Of a stretch of DNA of 32,000 nucleotides, positions 27,874 through 32,000 are shown one piece after another. The stretch is from Paracoccus suum. GTDB taxonomy: Bacteria; Pseudomonadota; Alphaproteobacteria; Rhodobacterales; Rhodobacteraceae. The stretch covers positions 120,001 to 152,000 of the forward strand of contig NZ_CP030918.1 of the NCBI RefSeq assembly GCF_003324675.1, read 5' to 3'. How positions within the stretch are numbered: the stretch's first letter is position 1; each line of letters begins with the position of its first letter. Both the position numbers and the translations under genes were made by a program. Under the pieces are notes generated by a model that worked only from the letters and a program-made list of their open reading frames with translations, made no database searches and was not told the origin of the DNA.

Positions 27874-29594
27874 CCGGCCCGGTGCTCTCGGTACAGGGGC
27901 TGACACTGGCGGCAGGTGCGCAGCCGCTGGTCGAGGACCTGTCCTTCGATCTGTTCCCCGGCGAGACCTTGTGCATCGCCGGGGAAAGCGGCTCGGGCAA
28001 GTCGCTGACCTCGCTGGCGCTGATGGGGCTTTTGCCACCCGGCGTGAAGCGGCGCGCCGGAAAGATCAGCCTTGCCGGACAGGACGTGACGGCGCTGCCC
28101 GAACGGCGCATGCGCCGGCTGCGGGGCGACAGCATCGCGATGATCTTTCAAGAGCCGATGACCTCGCTCAACCCGGTGCTGACCATCGGCACGCAGCTGG
28201 TCGAGGCGATTCGCAGCCACGACCCCGACGCCGATGCGCCCGCCGCGGCCCTCGCCGCCCTTCGGGCTGTCCGCTTGTCCCAGCCAGACCGGCGGATGCG
28301 CCAATACCCGCATGAACTCTCGGGCGGGATGCGGCAGCGCGTGATGATCGCGATGGCACTGGCGCTGCGCCCTCAAGTGCTGATCGCAGACGAGCCGACC
28401 ACGGCGCTGGACGTGACGGTGCAGCGCGAGGTGCTGGACCTGCTGCGCGATCTTCAGCGCGAGACGGGGACGGCCATCATCCTGATCACCCATGACATGG
28501 GCGTCGTCGCCGAAATGGCCGACCGGGTGATCGTAATGCAGAACGGCCGCATGGTCGAGGCCAGCCCGGTTGCGGAATTGTTCGCACGACCGTCGCAGCC
28601 CTACACGCAAGCACTGCTTGCCGCGGTGCCGCGCATGGGTGACGGCGGCCCCCCAGTCGCGCTCCCCCTAGCCGAGCCGATCGCCCGGCTGACCGAAGTT
28701 TCGGTCAACTATGACGTTCAGGGTGGCCTGCTGGGCCGCGTCACCCATCGTGTGCACGCGGTCGAGCAGGTCAGCTTCGACATCGCCGCAGGCGAGACGT
28801 TCTCGCTCGTGGGCGAATCCGGCTGCGGCAAATCCACCATCGCCCGTGCCATGACAGGACTTGTCCCGCATCGTGGACGCATCGAAATCGCCGGGCATCT
28901 GGTCCCGCCCGACGGCCAAAGCGCGCCCCGCGCGCTTCGCCGAGAGGTCCAGCTGGTTTTCCAGGACCCCGCGGCGGCGCTTAATCCACGCAAACCAGTC
29001 GGTGAACTCGTGGCCGAACCTCTGGTCATCCACGGGATCGGTGACCGCGTGCAGCGCCGTGCCCGCGCGGCCGAGCTTTTCGACCGGGTCGGCCTGTCCC
29101 GGAGTCAACTGGATCGGTATCCCCACGAGTTTTCCGGCGGCCAACGCCAGCGTATCTGCATCGCCCGTGCACTGGCGCTGAACCCCAAGCTGATCATCGC
29201 GGATGAAAGCGTAAGCGCGCTGGACGTGTCCGTGCAGGCCCGGGTGCTGGCGCTGCTGGCCGAGCTGAAGTCCGAGCTGGGGGTCAGCTACCTGTTCATC
29301 AGCCACGACATGGCGGTGGTCGAGAACATCAGCGACCGCATCGGCATCATGTATCTGGGCCAGATGGTCGAGATGGGCACCCGCGCGCAGATCTTCGGCA
29401 ATCCGCGCCATCCTTACACGCGCCGCCTGATCGACGCCGTCCCGATCCCCGATCCCGCCTACGTCCGCCCCCCCGCGCCACGAATGGCGAGCGACGTTCC
29501 AAGCCCCGTCTGGCCAGTCGGGCAAGCGCCGGAGCGCATCCGGCTGGAGGACATCGGGGCGGGCCATCTTGTAGCGGCCGGAGCGAACGGATGA
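27870..29594 (+). CDS. ABC transporter ATP-binding protein, fused double ATPase (DppD-DppF/OppD-OppF type)
   Basis: Two Walker A motifs (GESGSGKS, GESGCGKS), two signature motifs (LSGGMRQR, FSGGQRQR) and two Walker B motifs (VLIADEPTTALD, LIIADESVSALD). The ATGA start overlaps the amidase stop. Confidence 0.93.
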   Translation: MTGPVLSVQGLTLAAGAQPLVEDLSFDLFPGETLCIAGESGSGKSLTSLALMGLLPPGVKRRAGKISLAGQDVTALPERRMRRLRGDSIAMIFQEPMTSLNPVLTIGTQLVEAIRSHDPDADAPAAALAALRAVRLSQPDRRMRQYPHELSGGMRQRVMIAMALALRPQVLIADEPTTALDVTVQREVLDLLRDLQRETGTAIILITHDMGVVAEMADRVIVMQNGRMVEASPVAELFARPSQPYTQALLAAVPRMGDGGPPVALPLAEPIARLTEVSVNYDVQGGLLGRVTHRVHAVEQVSFDIAAGETFSLVGESGCGKSTIARAMTGLVPHRGRIEIAGHLVPPDGQSAPRALRREVQLVFQDPAAALNPRKPVGELVAEPLVIHGIGDRVQRRARAAELFDRVGLSRSQLDRYPHEFSGGQRQRICIARALALNPKLIIADESVSALDVSVQARVLALLAELKSELGVSYLFISHDMAVVENISDRIGIMYLGQMVEMGTRAQIFGNPRHPYTRRLIDAVPIPDPAYVRPPAPRMASDVPSPVWPVGQAPERIRLEDIGAGHLVAAGANG

Positions 29595-29791
29595 GCTGAA
29601 ACTCTCCCAAGGACCGGAGTGGAGGACGAGAACACCTGCGAGGCTCTCATGGTACCCTCGGAGAGGCGGGCTCCTGAGCGACTTTGACGGTAGTGTGCGG
29701 GCTGGCGCTTAGACACTGCCGCTACTGAGGCCAGGGCGGAACGACTGGGATGCGGAGGGTTATCGCGCGTTTTGTCGCCCCATCCGCTGGA

Positions 29792-30655
29792 TCAAACCCC
29801 TGAGCGAAGCTCCGCGCGCCTTATGACTCGCGCATCCGCGCCCGGCGTCGCACCAAAAGCCTGCCGATAAGCCCGCGTGAAATGCGAGCGTGATGCGTAG
29901 CCGGCCGCAACGGCCGCTTCCGTCACGCTTGCCCCGTCGGCCAACGTCCGGCGCGCGGCCTGCATGCGGGCCTCGGCCAGGATCTTGCGGAAGGGCCTCC
30001 CCAGCCGGTCGAGCGCGCGGCGCAGGGATGACGCACCCATGCCGAGTTCACGGGCGAGTTGGGCCACCGTCCAATGCGCATCCGGCTGCGCCGCGATCAG
30101 CCACTGCGCGCGCTGGGCGATGTCGCCCGCCAGCAGTATCTGCCCGGCAGAATCCTCCGCCAGCAGCATCAGCAGTTCGGTCAACCGCACCTTGCCGACC
30201 GCCGCATGGTTGTTGCCGATGGCGGCGGCGGTGTGGACCAAGGTTTCGACCAGTTCAGCGGTCAGCCTGATGGCCAGACGCTCAATCCGCCGCGGCCCGG
30301 CGATCGGTTGGATCGGGGCGGGCAGATTCTCGATGCTGAGGATCAGGGATTCGTACAGCCCACGAGCGTCAGGAATGTTAACCACGTCGACCGGCGCCCC
30401 GCCAGGCAGCGCGAAAACGGTACCGGCGGGCAAGACCTCGTTAAACGTGCCGGTCCAGACCTCCTTGGTGCCGCGCAGGACAATGCCGAGCAGGGGCGTC
30501 TCGGGCGTCACCGAGGCCAGCCGCTCGCGTTCAAGCGCGCAGTAGCAGAACAGCCGCCCGGCAATGCGCTGCTCGCCGGTGGCGCCGGAGGTGACGACGA
30601 AATGGTCGAGGCGCGCGAGCAATTCGGCACTCAGGTCATGGGTCATCTGGTTCAT
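29792..30655 (-). CDS. AraC family transcriptional regulator
   Basis: C-terminal double HTH (WTVAQLARELGMGASSLRRAL...SVTEAAVAAGYASRSHFTRAYRQAFGATP) with an N-terminal cupin-like sensor part. Start placed at MNQMTHDL (CAT at 30653-30655; an alternative ATG at 30646). The longer track ORF runs into the divergent promoter region. Confidence 0.85.
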   Translation of the reverse strand: MNQMTHDLSAELLARLDHFVVTSGATGEQRIAGRLFCYCALERERLASVTPETPLLGIVLRGTKEVWTGTFNEVLPAGTVFALPGGAPVDVVNIPDARGLYESLILSIENLPAPIQPIAGPRRIERLAIRLTAELVETLVHTAAAIGNNHAAVGKVRLTELLMLLAEDSAGQILLAGDIAQRAQWLIAAQPDAHWTVAQLARELGMGASSLRRALDRLGRPFRKILAEARMQAARRTLADGASVTEAAVAAGYASRSHFTRAYRQAFGATPGADARVIRRAELRSGV

Positions 30656-30663
30656 GGGGCACA

Positions 30664-30693
30664 GTCTGACATGCAGCAGCCTCCATGTCTGAC
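30664..30693. promoter_or_regulatory. direct repeat GTCTGAC x2 (23 nt start-to-start) in the araC/MBL divergent spacer; candidate AraC-type site
   Basis: caGTCTGACatg at 30664-30670 and catGTCTGACgcg at 30687-30693, between the divergent starts at 30655 and 30794. Confidence 0.25.
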
Positions 30694-30793
30694 GCGATTT
30701 GAGCGTTTCAGGCCCATTTTGGTGAACTTCGGGCGCATGCGAAGGCCGCTGGAAGGGCACGGTCCGGGCATCTATCCACTTAAGGAACGCGCA

Positions 30794-31624
30794 ATGAAAT
30801 CGTCCCTTCTGACCCTCATTCTGCTGTCGCTGCCGGCCATGGCAACGGCGCAAACCGCACCACCAGCGAAGCCGCAAGTCGAATTATGGCGGCTCGATTG
30901 CGGGTCGATCGATGTCAGCAACATCAACTTCTTTTCGGACACCGAGGCGTATCCGGACCACCCGCTGCAGATGACCGACAGTTGCTATCTGATCCGGCAT
31001 GGCGAGGAATATCTGCTCTGGGACGCCGGCCTGCCGCTCGACGCCGCGCCGCAGGGGCCCGGGCCGCAGCCCAAGCCGGGACCGGCGATCACGAAGCAGC
31101 TGGCCGAGATTGGCGTGATGCCCGAACAGGTCACCCGCGTTGGCATCAGTCACGCGCATTTCGACCATATGGGGCAGGCCGCCGACTTTCCCGCAGCGAC
31201 GCTGCTGATTGGGGCAGGCGACTGGGCCGAGCTGACTTCCGACAAGCCCGGTTTCGGCATTGATCCCAAGCTGGCACAGCCGTGGCGCGACGGCGGCAAG
31301 GTCGAGGCGGTGGAAGGCGATCTGGACGTGTTCGGCGACAGCAGCGTGACGATGCTGAAGATGCCCGGCCACACACCAGGCGAGACGGCGCTGCTGGTCC
31401 GGCTGGCCGACTTCGGACCGGTCCTTCTGTCAGGTGACGTGGTGCACTTCGCCCAGCAGCTTCTCACCGGCAGCGTGCCGCCTTTCAATGTCAACCGTGC
31501 CGACAGCCTCGCCTCGATGGCGCGACTTGAGGGGCTTGCAAAAGCCCAGGGCGCGCGACTGGTAATCCAGCATGATCCAGACCACATCGGCCGCCTGCCG
31601 GCCTTCCCGGCGAGTGCGCAATAA
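30794..31624 (+). CDS. secreted MBL-fold metallo-hydrolase (N-acyl-homoserine-lactonase-like)
   Basis: Signal peptide MKSSLLTLILLSLPAMATA. HxHxDH motif (ISHAHFDHMG), then downstream PGHTPGE and GDVVHF metal-ligand regions. AAGGAA precedes the ATG at 30794. The track ORF from 30059 is an upstream extension. Confidence 0.82.
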   Translation: MKSSLLTLILLSLPAMATAQTAPPAKPQVELWRLDCGSIDVSNINFFSDTEAYPDHPLQMTDSCYLIRHGEEYLLWDAGLPLDAAPQGPGPQPKPGPAITKQLAEIGVMPEQVTRVGISHAHFDHMGQAADFPAATLLIGAGDWAELTSDKPGFGIDPKLAQPWRDGGKVEAVEGDLDVFGDSSVTMLKMPGHTPGETALLVRLADFGPVLLSGDVVHFAQQLLTGSVPPFNVNRADSLASMARLEGLAKAQGARLVIQHDPDHIGRLPAFPASAQ

Positions 31625-31821
31625 GCGGGCGCATGCGCCCTGTCGGACGCCGCCAGATCCTCACGCCGCCCCACACGGGGCGGCAAGAGGCGCGGCGACG
31701 GGTCCTGGTGGGGGCAACGGCAACAATAAGGAGGGGTCGCCGATTGCAACTGCCTGTTGGGCCCAGCTAACAGGTTCGAGTGCGACGCGCATGTTATTCG
31801 GGTTTGCAACGCGGCGCCGAC

Positions 31822-32000
31822 CTAGATTATTTCTAACAGCTCGATCCGGTTTCCGAACGGATCGTCGACATAGATCCTTCGGATCTTGGGCAAATCGACA
31901 TCCCTATGAAACTCCAGGCCCAAATTCGCCAAATGTTGTTCGGTTTGCTGCAGCGAGGCCACTTGGAACGCGGGGTGGGCCTTCCTGGCGGGACTGAAAG
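31822..32000 (-). CDS. VOC (glyoxalase/bleomycin-resistance/dioxygenase) family protein, C-terminal part; 5' end beyond window
   Basis: My minus-strand translation gives ...AHPAFQVASLQQTEQHLANLGLEFHRDVDLPKIRRIYVDDPFGNRIELLEII*. The motif Y-DDPFGN-IEL is typical of VOC C-termini. Not in the ORF track because it is truncated and below 60 aa. Confidence 0.6.
   Translation of the reverse strand, partial: FSPARKAHPAFQVASLQQTEQHLANLGLEFHRDVDLPKIRRIYVDDPFGNRIELLEII

Noticed and set aside
20358-29567. Series of long minus-strand ORFs (20358-21251, 21614-22306, 22525-23442, 23733-24323, 24209-25402, 25473-26936, 27058-27645, 27846-28610, 28668-29567) across the accessory operon
   Set aside because: All are antisense shadows of plus-strand genes with strong family signatures and coupled junctions. 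Their products are R/G/D/H-rich low-complexity sequences.
31625-31684. Hairpins GGGCGCATGCGCCC (31627-31640) and GCCGCCCC-ACAC-GGGGCGGC (31665-31684) after the MBL gene, as possible terminators
   Set aside because: The stems are real, but neither is followed by a U-tract on either strand. The first has an implausibly small loop. They are left uncalled.
31690-31800. Search for an attR-type direct repeat of the tRNA-Ala 3' end (aggttcgagtgcgacg resembles a T-loop), and a strong AAGGAGG at about 31720
   Set aside because: Only the generic GGTTCGA heptamer is shared with tRNA-Ala. After AAGGAGG there is no ATG or GTG at suitable spacing, and the only candidate (TTG) opens an 8-codon frame.

Overview
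High-GC window (about two-thirds G+C by eye) with alphaproteobacterial, Rhodobacteraceae/Paracoccus-like gene content; the taxon is inferred from gene content and composition only. I support about 30 protein genes, 2 tRNAs, 1 gene remnant, and several intrinsic terminators and inverted repeats.

Positions 1-19539 are mostly housekeeping:
- A gamma-glutamylation-type amine catabolic module (GATase, GS-like ligase, FAD oxidase).
- CoA-binding protein, YHS-domain protein, rlmB, tRNA-Tyr, DUF3253, ileS.
- PCu(A)C copper chaperone with a small partner ORF, rpmB, yciB, DUF1223, acnA, murB.
- TetR and GntR regulators, a YgjP-like metallopeptidase, a FYDLN-acid protein, tRNA-Ala(GGC).

Immediately 3' of tRNA-Ala the sequence becomes AT-rich and carries a decayed ABC-ATPase remnant. 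The accessory block that follows contains:
- An M20 N-carbamoyl-amino-acid-type amidohydrolase.
- A tightly coupled 7-gene operon: AmiC-like sensor, AmiR-like ANTAR antiterminator, two Opp/Dpp-type permeases, a family-5 binding protein, an embedded FmdA/AmdA-family amidase, and a fused double ATPase. A strong intrinsic terminator sits directly against its first RBS.
- An AraC regulator divergent from a secreted MBL-fold (lactonase-like) hydrolase, and a partial VOC-family gene.

The best candidate for something undescribed is the AmiC/AmiR-gated peptide-type importer plus amidase locus and its leader. Other notable observations:
- A ~480-nt low-GC mosaic tract inside the ileS editing domain.
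- A 220-aa acidic low-complexity extension on the DUF1223 protein.
- A structured AT-rich leader or sRNA candidate upstream of the CoA-binding gene.
- Pseudoknot-like nested inverted repeats upstream of the M20 gene.
- A tRNA-Tyr with an atypical D-arm.

No CRISPR array, intact transposase or integrase was seen. All family assignments come from motif recognition by eye, not database searches.
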